From: Tenrec ecaudatus
Taxonomy: Eukaryota
Reading direction: 5' to 3'
NCBI RefSeq assembly: GCF_050624435.1
Contig: NC_134541.1
Coordinates: forward strand, 125,086,480 to 125,150,479
DNA: 64,000 bases
Of this stretch, positions 26,795 to 44,110 are shown in pieces. Within the stretch, counting starts at the first letter, position 1. Each line of letters begins with the position of its first letter. The notes under the pieces were generated by a model. That model saw only the letters and a program-made list of their open reading frames with translations. It was not told the DNA's origin and made no database searches. A program made the translations under genes and the position numbers.

Positions 26795-26962
26795 ACACGG
26801 CCATCGAGTCCATGCTGACCACCCGCTGTGGGTTTCCCAGACTGGAACTCTTTATGGGAGTAGAAAGCCCTATCTTTCTCCCGGTGCATGGCTGGTGGTT
26901 TCGAACTGATGACCTTGCGGTTAGCAGCCCAATGTGTAACCACAATGCCACCACGGCCTGGG
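26795..26962 (-). mobile_element. AfroSINE (reverse orientation)
   Basis: It runs caacacacggccatcgagtccatgctgaccacccgctgtgggtttc...ggtggtttcgaactgatgaccttgcggttagcagcccaatgtgtaaccacaatgccaccacggcc. Confidence 0.7.
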
Positions 26963-27344
26963 GACTCCTGTGGGAGTAGTAGAGCCCTGCCAGCAGCTTG
27001 CTAGGAGTTAGAATCTGCTCCGTGGCGGCCAACAGGGACAAGCACCATGTGCCAAGATCCCTGGGGTTGCCCAAACGGTTTGTGCTCAACTGAGAACCTA
27101 AGGGTGGGTGGGTGGGTGGATCCCACCCCGGGGGGCCGTGGGAGAAAGGCCTGGTGATGTGCTTCTGTAAAGATGACAGCCCCGAACCCGCCCTGGACCC
27201 CGTTCTGCTCTGTAACTCATGGGTTGTCACCAATCAGAAGCAAGTAGTCCCAGGCTGCAGGCTGGATTTGGCTACCATGTGCCTGGCCCCTTTCCCCGAG
27301 GTTCATCTAGATTACAGCTGGGGGAGGGAGGCACTGGGTGGTAA

Positions 27345-27659
<315 letters not shown>

Positions 27660-27805
27660 TGACTCATCCGATCTCCACGATGCTCCTTGAGTTTGATAAC
27701 ATGACTCATATCACCATGGTGTTGGGGCCACTGTGAGGGGGATGGGGGGCAGGGGGCCTTAAGGAATCGCCCCCTCACCTGACCGACTTGCGCTGCCTTC
27801 TCTAG

Positions 27806-28123
<318 letters not shown>

Positions 28124-29677
28124 TGATTTTATGTCGGCGGATTCACACATCTAAGTGGCAGTACATCTCTTCAGTCAGCAAAGATTTATAGTGTCTGCTT
28201 CGGACCAGGTCATAGCCTTGCGGAGAGGCATGAACAGCCAGTGAGAAATCTGAGGTCAAGGATTCAATCCAGCGGAGAGACAAACTGGTCACCAGGGGGA
28301 TCTTGGTTCCAGGCAGGAAGAACTACGGTGGAGGTGGAGGAGAGGCAGGCACAAGGAACAGATAACCAAGGAGTCTGCGTTTCTCCTAAGGCTAGGGATG
28401 CTTTCTGTGTCCAGACAGACGAAAAGGCTCATTCCAATTCCTAGAGAGGAAGGGCAATCTTGAGGAGCTGAGGGAATTCAGCCTGAAAGACAGGGCTGCC
28501 CTGGTGTGTGTGACCTGTTTGTTTCCCACCTCTACCTCGCTGGGCCTTGCAGGCTCCTCTGAAAAGTGATCTTACAACACCCAGAGTGTTATTAGGAGAA
28601 ATGAGTCCATGCAGGTAGCATGCTTAAAGCAATGTCTGGTAGACACCTGGCGGTTACTGCTTGTAGTGATTACACCCAGAGTGGGAGGGGGGGAGCAGGG
28701 GGGACAGGGGCAGGATGGGGGTGGAAACCTGGCTTGGAGGCGGGTTGCATTGAGATCCCCAGCGGCCTGATCATCATCATCATCAGTCAGGAGTGCAGAC
28801 GACTTTATCATGCAGGTGAGGGGGAGGCAGTTTGAAATGGGTTAAGCCTCCAGAGGATGACATTTCTGGTAGCTGTGGGGAGGGCAGGCTATATTCGTGC
28901 ATGACTGCGTTCATGGGCACCCGCCCCCAGGCGACCTACACACCCAGGTACATTCATCCCCACCTGGGCGCACCAGAACCTGCCCCCATGCCAGTGTGCA
29001 TTCCCTCATACGCATGTGCACCGCCGTCCCCATCCTCCAAGAACTCTTCTTCCTGTGTGCAGAATTGGAGGACTTGTGTGTTGCCTGGTGCCCGTGTCCC
29101 CTCCTAGCCTGCCTGGCCCTGTGTCCCCTGCCCCCTGTGAGCCCTGCTGAGACCAAATCCCCTGTGGACGTTAACTGATCACCGTGTGTGTCTTCCTCAC
29201 GTCTCTCCAGCTCCTCCAGAGACCCAGAGCTGCCCACACTCGGCTTCATGGTCAAGGGACCAGTGAGCCAGGCCCATGGGCTTGGTGGCCGTGGGCCTGG
29301 GCAGCACGGAGCACAGATTGGTCCGTGACCAAGTGCTGGACTTCAGGTCTGACAGCACGGCTCTCCCAGGTCTGCTTTAAGCAGCCATCCTCCCCAGGGC
29401 ATTTAAAGTAGGACTCAGAGGCTAAGTGGGACAGTGGAGAGCAGGGCTGCCGCATAGATGGGCCTCCTCTGCCTGCCTCAGTCTGCCCTGCTCTCGGCAG
29501 CCACCCCAAGCACCCATGGGACCAAGACCCCGTTTAAGCCCTTTCCAAGTTGCACTAAAGGGGTCCTCTGCCTCAGAGTGGCTTCCTTACCCTTCTGAAC
29601 AGCCAAAGCTCCCTTCCGCGCTCACCGCAAGTCCAGCAAACCTTCCCACTCATCCCGAACTCTGTCACCAACCACGA

Positions 29678-29870
29678 GGAGCCCTGGTGGCGATGTGGTG
29701 TCTTGTTGGACTGCCAACTGCAAGGTCAGCGGTTCAAAACCACCAGCCGTGTCTCAGGAGAAAGACTGGGCTTCCTATTCCCATGAAGAGGTGTTACAGT
29801 CAGGGACACTCACAAGGGTAGGGGCACCATGCGTCAGCGTCGACTCGACGGCGGGGAGTCAGGTTTGTGG
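29678..29870 (+). mobile_element. AfroSINE
   Basis: It runs ggagccctggtggcgatgtggtgtcttgttggactgccaactgcaaggtcagcggttcaaaaccaccagccg...gtcgactcgacggcggggagtcaggtttg. Confidence 0.8.
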
Positions 29871-30804
29871 TTCTGCACCAGCCACAAATCCATTTGCTTC
29901 TCACAGGAAGGGACCGGAGGGGATGGCCGAGGCAGCCCCTTCTCCCATTGGGGGAAAGAGACTCCAAGGTTAAGTGACCCCAGGACTCCCTCCCACCCAC
30001 CCCCGCCCCAGTCCTCCCGCCACACTCAGCCATTGACCAAGACTGAGGAATAGGCAGTTCATGGTGTCTGAGCACCTTCTCCGGGCCCTGTGGGCGCCGC
30101 GTTTTCTTGGCTGGTTCCAAGTTCATGTCACTTCAGGCGGATCCTCCATGAGAGGAAGCACTGTTGCCATCAACAGGTGAGAGGTCTCTAGAGGCAAAGC
30201 CACCTGCTTAGTCACCTGGCTAACAGGTTGTGAAGCTGGGGTGAGAACTCAGATCTGCTTGACTCCACACTGAGGACCTCCCCAAGGCTGCTTCTGGACG
30301 TGGCCAGCCGGCTAGATTTTCAGAAGTCCAGTAAAGTGTGCGTGGCCTGGTTTAGTCTCTTGGGCAGGTGGGGGGGTGGGCAGCAACAGACGTTGGTTAA
30401 TGTGATGATTGGATGCTACCCTAGGGACTGTGGCAGGCAAGGGAGCAGCCTCTCAGCTAGAAATGGGAAGTGTCAGGAAGGCTTCCCAGAAGCCATCAGC
30501 CCAAGTTACTCCCAAGTTATTTGCTGGAAATTGAGAAAAGGGGAGGAGGGGGGAGTCCTTCCAGTTGGGGCAGCGCTGTGAGCAAAACGCGGATGCACTT
30601 CCGACTGTGGAGGAAACACAGGTTGTAAGTGGCCGGAACCAAAGGCGGAGGCGCTGGGTTGGACTCAGCTGTGGAGGGCCTTAAAGGTCCTCATAGGGCA
30701 TTTGGACTTGACTCGGTGCGCCACCACGGGTCCTGGCAGACGCTATCATCTGCACATCACTGTGTGCTGGAGAGCTGGGGTTTTTTGTTGTCCATCTTGG
30801 TCCT

Positions 30805-30995
30805 TGGAGTCCTGGTAGCATAGTGGGTAACGTGTTGGGCTGCCTAAACACAAGGTTGGCAGTTCAAAACCACTAGCCGCTCTGCAAGAGAAAGATGTGG
30901 CTTTGACACTTCTGTCTCTTACAGTCTCAGAAACCGACAGGGGCAGTTCTCGCCCACCCTACAGGCTCCCTGTGAGTCAGAAATGACGAGGGCAG
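30805..30995 (+). mobile_element. AfroSINE
   Basis: It runs ggagtcctggtagcatagtgggtaacgtgttgggctgcctaaacacaaggttggcagttcaaaaccactagccgctc...ctgtgagtcagaaatgacgagggcagcc. Confidence 0.75.
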
Positions 30996-31241
30996 CCAGA
31001 TCCTACTAAACCCTGGCTCTTCAAGGTCAAGGTCTGGTTTTTGTTCAAGCCCGCCCAGGAAATGCTTGCTGGGTTGTAAAATCCCGAGAGGCCAGTGGAA
31101 CACGACTTTCCTCAGAACGCCCTGCCATGGGGCCGTGAGATAGCTCTTTCAAGACAGGACAGTCCAAGTCCTGACGGCATTTCACACGGCTTCCCTGGAT
31201 GAGCGAGTGCCTGGGTGCATCTCAGATAAAAACAAAAACCA

Positions 31242-31439
31242 CAATGCTATTGAGTGGGTGCTGACTCTTAGAGACCCTTTAGGGCAGGGTAGAACGGCCC
31301 CTGCGAGATTTCGAGACTCGCTCTTCCCGGGAGTAGAAAGGCTGTCTTCCTTTCCTTGTGAGGAGCAGCTGGTGGTTTCGAACTGCTGACTTTGCAGGTA
31401 GCAGCCCCACTCATTAACCCCTAGGCCACCAGGGGCACT
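31242..31439 (-). mobile_element. AfroSINE (reverse orientation)
   Basis: It runs ...gggcagggtagaacggcccctgcgagatttcgagactcgc...gctggtggtttcgaactgctgactttgcaggtagcagccccactcattaacccctaggccaccaggggcac. Confidence 0.75.
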
Positions 31440-31849
31440 TCCATGGAGAGAAGAAAACGGTTGTCACCGGGCCCTGATTTTCTCATAGTTTCCACAGCTG
31501 GAAAATGGGCCAGCAAGGCTCCCTTGGCCTCCCTCCCAAATGCGGAGCGGCCCCGCTCTGGAAGCTGAGCAAGCTCTGCACATCTCCTCTCTTGTCAGTG
31601 CGTGGTCACAAGGCGCATGAGTGCCAAGATCCAGACCCGCTTTTCTGAGCCATCCTCCTCCACTGGAAAATGCGGAGCCCAGCGGGTTGCTGAGACAGGG
31701 TAGGAGAGAGAAGGGAAGGTTACAATGACCTTGAGGGGCTCTTCAGCGTGGACTCTGGCACGGAGCTAGCTTGGGCCCCTGGGCACCTGAAGGTGGGGAA
31801 CAAGCCAGCCCTGGGGCAATTGGTGAGAAGGGGTGGCATGGAAAAATAA

Positions 31850-32176
<327 letters not shown>

Positions 32177-32296
32177 TGAAGAGCCCCTCTTCCCAGTGTC
32201 TCCATCTGAAGATCTCGGGGCCCCTGCCAAGATGTCCCAACAGCCGAGTGTTGATGTTGAGAGCCAGCCACCATTAGGGGGAGTCCTTCCCTCAGA

Positions 32297-32484
32297 GCAG
32301 TGGTTCTCAACCTTCCTCATGCAACCCTGGAATACAGTTCCTCATGTGGCGGTGACCCCCCAACCTTAACATTATTGTCGCTGCCATTTCCCTATCATTT
32401 TGCTACTGTGATGAACCAGGCGACCCCTGTGAAAGGGTTGTTTGACCCCCAAAGGGGTCACAACCCACAGATTGAGAACCACTG
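32297..32484 (-). mobile_element. MITE-like TIR element, copy B (SEZ6L2 intron 6)
   Basis: The termini are cagtggttctcaaccttcctc and gattgagaaccactg, a perfect 14-bp inverted repeat. The interior is homologous to the 63-253 copy in reverse orientation. Confidence 0.6.
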
Positions 32485-32879
32485 CCTTAGGGTCATCCTC
32501 ATCCTGGGGGAAACGGTTCTCAAGGTCAGGACCTGGCAGGTGTGCCCTCCTGGGGCACTGTCATTCGGGGCCAGGGGGAGGGGTGCGTAGGCTTGAAGGC
32601 TTTCTCCTGAGTGCCCCATAACTAGTCTCCACCCCAGGGCCCCACCACCGGAGGACCTCCATCTCAGGCTTGCCTTTGGGAAGAGCCTTGACATTAGCAG
32701 ACTCTTTGTTCTGGGAGGGGGAGGGGAGAGGGTGCTTTTCTACTCCAGGGTCACTTCCTTTGCTGGGCGGTGACCTGGCAAAGGTCCTGTCCTGTGAAGT
32801 AGGCCAGTGGGGCAGAGGCCATCCCTGGGCCAGGCCCCCGTTGAGGTTGAAGCACAAGAGGTCTGACCGTGGGGCCTGA

Positions 32880-33140
<261 letters not shown>

Positions 33141-34638
33141 TGAGGGTTTGGGCCTGACTCAGGGCAGTGGGGCTTTGAGGTAGGGGAGAGGGGGGATTGT
33201 CAGACACACCTGAACCAGATCTCAGCTGGGATCGGTACCACCCCAGTGGAATTCTTTTCCTGCCATAGGCAGTGTGTGGGGGGGTGGTACAAGGTAAGTC
33301 ACTGAACCTCTCGGAGCCCCCGTTTCTTGTCTGTAGAACAGAGACCCTAGCTCCTCCCCCCTTCAGGTGTCCGTGAGGATAAAGGAAGCGTGTAGTGTAA
33401 AGCATCTGGTGGCACGTGGGTTATGAGTGGTAGGCTGCTAAGTGCGAGGTCAGTAGTTGGAAGCCAGCAGCCACTCCCTGGGAGAAAGAGGAGACAGAGA
33501 CATTCTACTGCTGTAAAGCGTTACCGTCTCTGTAGCTGTGGGAATCCCAGGCCAGCAGAACCGTTAGAAAAGAAAGAAAAACTACAACAAAACAAAAATG
33601 AGTCACAGTCTCGGAAACCCACAGGGTCAGTTCTACATGCCCTGTACGGTCGCTCTGAGCCACCATCGCCTCGATGGTTTCTAAAGGGAGTTGGGTTTCT
33701 AAAGGGCTGCGAAGGGTGCCCAGCATGCAGGAAGCCCCTGGACGTCTCTCCAGCAGCACGGGAGGAGTTCTCATTATTTAGCAAACCGATGTCCCAGGTT
33801 TGTGCTTGTGCTGCTGCTGCGTTGGGCAGGTTATGTAATCACACTGTGCCTCAGGTTCCTCTTCTCTAAAACGAGGGCTGAGTGTCTGCCGCAAGCCTAC
33901 TGTGCGGAGTAAATGAGATGTGTTAGGCAGGGTTCTCTAGGGAAACAAAACCAGGACACTGATGATTCTATTTAGATAGATGGATAGCTATAGATGTATA
34001 CAGCATGAAGGAATATAACAGCTAATTAGTCCACACAGCAGTGCAGAGGGCTCAGTCCAACTCACTTCCGTGGAACAGTTAATTTGCTGGAAATCCTTCA
34101 ACTCACGATAGCTGCCGGGTCCAAGGTCGAGGAAGCAGACAGCTGAGTCTTCCCTCGGACAATGCAGGCAGAGCCTGCCTACAGGCAGCAAACAGCAGGG
34201 CGGTCACGAAGAGTCAGCAGCTCAGGAGCTTGGGGAAGCAGGCCAGATGGAATTCATGAAACGCAAGAGGACAGGAGTCAACAGCCTCAGGCTCAAGCGA
34301 TGGGCACCCCTGCAGCGTGGCGAAGCAGGCCTCAAAGGAGCCTGGAGCTCTAGCCACACGACCCACGGGTTGGCTTGTCCCACAGGTAGTGTAGTTCACT
34401 GGTTGAGGCAGAGAACTAGCTAAAGAAGCCGCACCCTGGTCCGATCACCAGAAAGCAAGAAAGGTTTGGGCCTTGTCGAGCCATTTATCTCTTTGCCCTC
34501 CAAGCAAACTGCGACCTGATTAATCCCACATGTTCCTATTGGCCAGGTTGGCACAATAAGCCTACCCATCACGTGAGATAGAGTGTCACGGGCTTGTAAG
34601 CATGGGTGACATGTAGCAATAAGTCAGGAGAGCGCTAA

Positions 34639-35094
<456 letters not shown>

Positions 35095-35095
35095 T

Positions 35096-35200
35096 GAGAG
35101 AGGAAGGAGGAGAGGGGGAGTGGGAGGAAGAGAAAAAGAGAGAGGGAGGGGAAGGAGAGGGAAGGAGAGGGGAAGAGGGAGGAAGAGAGAGAGAGATCAT
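35096..35200. repeat. Polypurine (GGA/GAG-rich) low-complexity tract, SEZ6L2 intron 8
   Basis: The tract is ggaaggaggagagggggagtgggaggaagagaaaaagagagagggaggggaaggagagggaaggagaggggaagagggaggaagagagagagag. Confidence 0.85.
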
Positions 35201-36378
35201 CTTTTTCTGGAGGGCTTCAGCAAAAAGGCCAGGAAACGCTCTCTTTGGCCTAACTTGGGTCATGTGCCCCCTGCCTTAGGCAACAAGGTCAGCGATCGTG
35301 CGAGAAGACACTTAGGAGCCAGATCTTAATGGACAGAGAGTATTTGCAAAGGGGGGAGATTGGGGAAGAGCCGCCCAGGTGGAAGCAGAGAGTCGGGGCA
35401 AAGGTTGAGGCACAGCAATGATGCCTGGTCTTCGAAGAAAGAAACTTTCAATGTGGCTAGAGCCCAGGGCAAACCGTGGCAGGAAAGAAATAACAAAACA
35501 GACAAGAGCTGGGCAGAGTTTGTCTCCGCTGTGAGGCCTGGGAAAAATGGGAGTTGGCACAGGTCTTGATGGGTGGGTAGAACTAGGCTATGATACCTGG
35601 CCAGGTTATGTAACCATGAAATAGGACAGTGGAGCTGCAAACGGAAACTGCTGGGTCGATCGTGAGCATGGAAGCGCCCCGAAAGCCCTTGTCTTTTCTT
35701 AAGAGTCTCTGGGGTGGAAGCCTGGCTCCGGACTGCCGATCATTGCTTCTCTTTGGGTTTCAGACTCCTCTTCCGTAGCACAGGTCTTACCTTACAGGTA
35801 GTTAGTGTTGCAGCTACGGTGTGATCCGGGGGCCCCACACGGAAATGGCCTAGAAACGATTCATTTTGGTCCTGGCGTCGGCCCAAGTGGAAGCTGGGTG
35901 GCGTTTGTGCTTGCTGCCATCTGGGATCCTAGCAACAGCTCGGAGAGTCAGGGGTGGTCAGGCGCTGATGGCTATTTTTACCAAGGCACCCACACAAGTC
36001 AGTTCCGCAGAGACACTCTCTGTCCCCAACTTTGCCATTTCCAGTGCCTAGTGGCTATGGCTGGAACTCCCGAGGCCTGGGGTTGGGCCACCTGGTTCAT
36101 CTACCACCCAGTGATGTGATCTTGGCTTTTTAGTCCTTGACGCTCTGTGCCCTCATCTGTTGCAGGGTGGGTGGGATTGGACCCGCCTAGGACTCGCCTT
36201 CCAGAGACCCAGGAGGTCACCTGTAAAAGAGGAGGGTGGGGGTGTGTGTGGGCAAAATGGGGTGTGTAAGGTAAGCTCAAGGGCCATCAATTTTTTAAAA
36301 GGCCCGAGTGGCCAAGCCACACCAGAATGCAGCCCGAGGCCCCAGGGCAGGGTCCCTTAAGACCTGACCTAGTGCTGA

Positions 36379-36696
<318 letters not shown>

Positions 36697-36917
36697 TGAA
36701 TCCTGCCCTTTCTAGAGCCTCCGTCGCCTTAGCTGAATAGCGGACAGGCTTGTTAGAGAATTCCGGGGCCACCTGCTCAGATGATGTCAGGAACCACCGC
36801 AGGAGTTGGGTTCAGTCGTGAGGGTAGGTGATAGGCAGGCTGAGGAAAGCAGCAAGGTATGGCCTGGACCCAACCTGCCGAGGGAGGAGCAGGAAGAGCG
36901 GAAAGCAGGTCGGGTGA

Positions 36918-37280
<363 letters not shown>

Positions 37281-38006
37281 TGATCAGGTGGCTCTAGGCT
37301 CATAGGTTCAAATCACTGGTCAACCAGGTGACCTGGGACCAATAAGTGTGGGGGCAGGGGTCATGTGACCTTTCTGCAGGACTTTTGTGAAAATGGGGCT
37401 CTGCCCTTTGGTAATTTCTGGGATTGCCTGCTTGGGAGATTTCCAAGGACCCAGGCCCAAGCTGCGAGTGGGAGGGTGTACGTGGGTGCATAAGGCCGAT
37501 CATTTTAACCATTTGGTATGAGGTGGTCATATGACTGGACAGAACCCTAGTGGGCCTGGCCAGAAAGCAGGTCCTCTGATTAGACCCGGAGTTGTCGAGG
37601 TGACCAAGGAACTAGAACGTGGGCAGAATTAGTAAGGACAAGCCAGGGATGGCTGCAGCCACTGTGTCGGTCCACTGCGGGCGGGGCTTCCTCTTCATCG
37701 CTGACCTCTTCCACGCACTTGGACGACCGTGGGCTGGAGCACGGAGAGGCGAGGATGGGGCAGAGCCAGGCAGGGCGTCCTCCAGGTGTCCACAAGGGTC
37801 TCTCTAAGTCAGATTCGGCATTGAGCAGACTGGGAGGACCCACAGAGCAGATGGAACCTGGAGGGACCAGTAAAGAGGACAAACCTGGGATTGGTCGAGA
37901 GTGAGGCGGGGCCAAGCCTGGGCAGAAGGGGGCGGGACTGGACAGTAGGTGAGCTCTCTAGTGGGCGGGGTTAGGGAATTAAGCTGAACTGGATGGGACT
38001 GGCTGA

Positions 38007-38294
<288 letters not shown>

Positions 38295-38297
38295 TGA

Positions 38298-38812
<515 letters not shown>

Positions 38813-39409
38813 CACCACCCCTTTGCCTCCAATTCCCCTGGGTTCCACCCCACTTCTCTTCTGCCTCTGAGACCCCGTCCCCGTCCCCCATCTGGGTTCC
38901 ATCCCTCCCCTCTAGGCCCTGCCCCTCTCTTCTTTAAACAGCGCCCCATGTTCTTTGGGCTTCACCTGTGAGCTCCGTGTCCCCACTATCGCCTCTGTCC
39001 TGCCCCTCCCGCCTTCTCCATGTTCTGAGTCGCACGGCTGTGGGGTCTGCTCTATCTTCAGCCCACCGGGCTCCGGCCCATGCACTCTTGGATCCCCGTC
39101 CCGGTCCCCGTCCCCGCCGCAGTCTGGTGGTCTCTCGCCCCTTGACCCTCAGAGGAGCTCCTTAGTTGATGCAAGGGGCGTACGAGAGTGTGCCTTCCGT
39201 GAAAAACAGCCCCCCAGTCACAGCTCATTGTGGTTGGAATAGCAGCCAGCAGTCAGCGATGCAGGGACACAGAGTCCCTTGTTCCGATGGGTCCTTCCTC
39301 ACTTCCTTGCGGTTGTTCCTCCTCCATTAACACAAAAGGAACCGACCTGTGGGCCTTACCTGCTGAGTCCTGAGCAGCTTGGTTCTGCAACCCCCCAGCC
39401 CCACCCCAA

Positions 39410-39580
39410 AACCTCACTGCCATCGAGTCAATTCTGACTCACAGTGACCCTATAGGACAGGGTAGAATTGCCCCTGTGGGTTTCTCTGGGAGTTGAAAGC
39501 TAAGTCTTTCCCCTGCAGAGTGGCTGGTGGTTTTGAACGGTGGACCTTGCTGTTAGCAGCCAGGTCACCCGGGCTCCTCT
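39410..39580 (-). mobile_element. AfroSINE (reverse orientation)
   Basis: It runs cactgccatcgagtcaattctgactcacagtgaccctataggacagggtagaattgcccctgtgggtttc...gctgttagcagccaggtcacccgggctcc. Confidence 0.75.
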
Positions 39581-39859
39581 GGCCACCTGTAGGTAGATCT
39601 TAAAAGCCCACCACGTGCAAGGCTGACCTTTAGTAGCGAATACGCTAGACCAGTGAGTCTTTTTGAGAAGACGTCAGGGATATTTCGGTTTACGGGTTAA
39701 ACGTGACCTCAGGGCAATCATTCCCGGAGTTGGCCCAGCCTCCAGACCCCCGGCAAACTTGAAATTCTCTGGATGCATTCCCCCCCCCTTGTGATCAGGA
39801 TTCTTCTGTAGACTCTTTCATCAAAATGTATGCAGTTTACCTTAGAGTAAGGCCTCAGA

Positions 39860-40010
39860 GGAGACCTGATGGTCTAGGGGTTGTGTCTTGGGCTGCAATC
39901 TGCAAGGTCTGCAGTTTGAAACCACCAGCCACTCCAAGGGAGGCAGATGGGACTTTCTACGCCTGTCAACAGTTACTGTCTGGGAAACTTCAAGGGGCAG
40001 TCTGACACTG
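39860..40010 (+). mobile_element. AfroSINE (5' portion) followed by short ccgttagccggcc tandem (40012-40062)
   Basis: It reads gagacctgatggtctaggggttgtgtcttgggctgcaatctgcaaggtctgcagtttgaaaccaccagccactcc. Confidence 0.65.
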
Positions 40011-40321
40011 CTGCTGTTAGCCGGCCATTAGCCAGCCGTTAGCCGGCCGTTAACTGGATTAGCTGTCAGAGACTCTGCCATGGGCCTGTGGGATTGCTAT
40101 TCTCCCTGTGGCCAAGGGGGTGGCATGGGGAAGTTTCAGAATGCCAGATTTGGGCTGAACACAGGAAAGCTTTACAAGGGACACCTGTGGAAGGAGTGAG
40201 CTCCCCAGCCCCGGAGGGATCCACAGAATCACAGGCCTGAGGAGAGTTCAGCAGGCCTGGAGAAGGAGGCTCGCTGAAATTTCCAAGTCTGCGGGATTTC
40301 TCTCCACTGTTCTCTGGTCGG

Positions 40322-40510
40322 GGGAGCCCTGGGGGCATTGTGGTTACACCCTGGGCTGCTAACCCCAAGGCCAGCAGTTCAAAATGACCAGCTGCTTCTC
40401 AGGAGAAAGACGAGGCTTTCTGCTCTGATAAAGAATTACAGTCTCACACACCCACAGGGGCAGTGATGAGTCAACCTTGATTCGATGGCAGTGAGTTTGG
40501 GTTTGAGTTC
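40322..40510 (+). mobile_element. AfroSINE
   Basis: It runs gggagccctgggggcattgtggttacaccctgggctgctaaccccaaggccagcagttcaaaatgaccagctgc...gattcgatggcagtgagtttgggtttg. Confidence 0.8.
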
Positions 40511-41012
40511 CATGGCCATGACCCTGAGCAGGGACCGGTTCTGCCCCTCCCTTGCTGAGAGGCCACGGCCAGTGGCACTTCTGTCAGAAGGAGATGACAG
40601 TGACATTGCCCTCTTGGCATGAGGAGTTCCATGTTTGCAAAATGCTGAGCAGGGTGCCTGGCCCTCCCCCAGAGGAGATGTCAACTCGAATGCCTGAGGG
40701 GTCAAGGGGGCAGTAGAGCGACCAGAGAAGTGACCAGACTTACGTGACAGGTCTGCTGGGGGCCAGGACCATCATGTCCCTTTAGAGAGGGGCAGCTGCT
40801 GGCCTACCCAGACTGTCTGCCACGCAAGGCCGACCCTGCTGGGGTCTAGCTGGTCCGCCCGGGCACTGGATGTGGGCAAGCACCTCATGGTGGCCCCATC
40901 CCTCCTGTTTTCTGGAAGAAGTCTGTCATCTAAAATATTCTGAATTGTTTTTTTCTCCATGCCTGCTCCCTTCATTCTGAGGATGTGGTGGGTCAGGAGG
41001 GTGCTCTGCTAA

Positions 41013-41732
<720 letters not shown>

Positions 41733-41979
41733 TGACACATTCCAAAGACCTGGTTGGCTCGGACAGTCATTTAGGGGCCTGGAGAAGGAAGCAGAAGGCC
41801 CTGCTCTGACCACTCTGAGCCCTTTCCCCAGGAAGGGCAGGAGAACGTTTTCGTTGTGCTTGCAGAAGGCAGAGACCCAGGCTCTCAGCCCAGCCCCAAG
41901 GGGCTCCAGGCCCTCTCCCCAGCTCCCTTCCCCTCCCTGGCTCAGACCCCGCCCCCTCCCCTCCCTCCTCTCCCTGCAG

Positions 41980-42605
<626 letters not shown>

Positions 42606-42609
42606 TGAT

Positions 42610-42768
42610 GCGGTCTCATGATAACCCTGTAGTGTAGGGTAGAACTGCCCCTATGCAGTTTCTGGAATTGTAACTTTTAGCAGAGTAGAAAGTTGTTGGG
42701 GGGGTCTTTCCCCCACACAGCAGCTGAGGGTTTCAAACCGCTGACCTTGTGGGTAGCAGCTCAACATG
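42610..42768 (-). mobile_element. AfroSINE (reverse orientation) in SEZ6L2 intron 17
   Basis: It runs ccctgtagtgtagggtagaactgcccctatgcagtttc...gagggtttcaaaccgctgaccttgtgggtagcagctcaac. Confidence 0.7.
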
Positions 42769-43171
42769 GAATCAGATGCCACCAGGACCCCCAACCTGCT
42801 CTCTAGGGTCTCCATCCTCCGGCCTGGGCCTTTCATTCCGACGAGGGCCCTGGCCACAAGCTGGTCGGTCAGCTGTGCTCAGGGAGCAGGGAGGGGGTCC
42901 TTTGGCCCACGGTGGCCGAGTGGAAGTTTCTGCCCAATGGCCAGATCGCCCCATTGTCCAAGGCCATCTGGGAATGCAGCTCTTTCAGATTTCAAGAGAC
43001 TGTAGAGCTAACCAGATCCACCCCTTAGCCAGGTGCAGGCCCCGTCCCCTAACCCCGACCTCAGGAGCTACGGGCCATCTTCAGTGTTAGGGGGTCCTGT
43101 CACTCTCCTCCTGGATGCTCTGCCCCTTCGGCTGCTGTCCCCACTCCATCTGATCCCATCTCTGTCCCCAG

Positions 43172-43201
43172 GATACTCGGGAGTATGAAGTGTCCATCTG
43201 A
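43172..43201 (+). CDS. SEZ6L2: SEZ6L2 terminal coding exon 18 (DTREYEVSI*; TGA 43199-43201)
   Basis: The acceptor tgtccccag| precedes 43172. The exon reads gat act cgg gag tat gaa gtg tcc atc tga. All 18 exons sum to 2775 nt, giving 924 aa. Confidence 0.85.
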   Translation, partial: DTREYEVSI

Positions 43202-43355
43202 ACCCCAAGACAGAGGCTGCAGGACCCAGGACAGCCCTCCCCTCCTCTCTCTGAGCAGGGGGAGACCAGGCTCCTGGCTCCCCTTCTCCCTGCTGTGTAA
43301 ATAGCCTTCCAGTCCCACAAAGGGGGTGCTCCTGTGGCCCGGAGACCCCACCGTA

Positions 43356-43361
43356 AATAAA
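43356..43361 (+). terminator. SEZ6L2: AATAAA polyadenylation signal (proximal) in SEZ6L2 3'UTR
   Basis: The hexamer sits in ccgtaAATAAAccagc, 155 nt after the stop. Confidence 0.5.
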
Positions 43362-43682
43362 CCAGCATCCTGTCGCCCAAAGCCGCCTCTTTTCAGCTGC
43401 CAACCAGGGGCCTGCCCCCATCCTGCGTACTCATCACTGGCTTTTGGACCCTGGAGGGGACACCCACGAGGACGGCCCCACTACCTGATGGCTGCAGTCC
43501 GTTTCTCTTGACCACCAGGGCCCAATGCCCCCACGTGTCCCGGGCCCCCAGGTCTGACCGCTGGCCTGGCTGAGTCAGAGGACCAGGGGTGAAGGAGTGG
43601 AGCAAGCTGGGCCAAGTCCCTGCCTGTGGTCTCCCCAACTCACCACATCCCCATCTTGGCTTCTGGATTTTTGTTTTTGAGC

Positions 43683-43688
43683 AATAAA
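43683..43688 (+). terminator. SEZ6L2: AATAAA polyadenylation signal (distal) in SEZ6L2 3'UTR
   Basis: The hexamer sits in gagcAATAAActgaaaatcacc. A T-rich stretch precedes it. Confidence 0.5.
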
Positions 43689-43944
43689 CTGAAAATCACC
43701 ATTTCTAACTAGGCTGCTGGGTTCCGGGGGCAGCAGGTTAAACGTCGTCCCTGGGGGGATGGCCACGGTGGCCTCTCTGGAGAAAGCGCCGGAAATGGAG
43801 ACTTTGGGAAGAGAATGGAAATCTAAAAGGAGACTGCATGGTTGTCAGGGGTGGGGGCTGGCCTGAGGTCAGAGTGCGGCCTTCAGCTCCGCCTCTGTGG
43901 CGGAACAGGTAGACAAGGTACCACTGTGATGGGGCTTGCAGTCC

Positions 43945-44110
43945 CAGGCCAAACCCGCTGTCGCTGAGTTGACCCCTGTGGACAGCGCAGACCTGTTTCT
44001 GCCGGTCTCTGCGGAAGCCGACCGCCACATCTTTGTCCTGCAACACTGACCTTTCAGTTAGCAGCCGATGCTTAATCCACCCTTTCACCGGGGCTCACCG
44101 GTGGTGGTGG
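43945..44110 (-). mobile_element. AfroSINE (reverse orientation)
   Basis: It reads ...ctgacctttcagttagcagccgatgcttaatccaccctttcaccggggctcaccggtgg. Confidence 0.65.
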
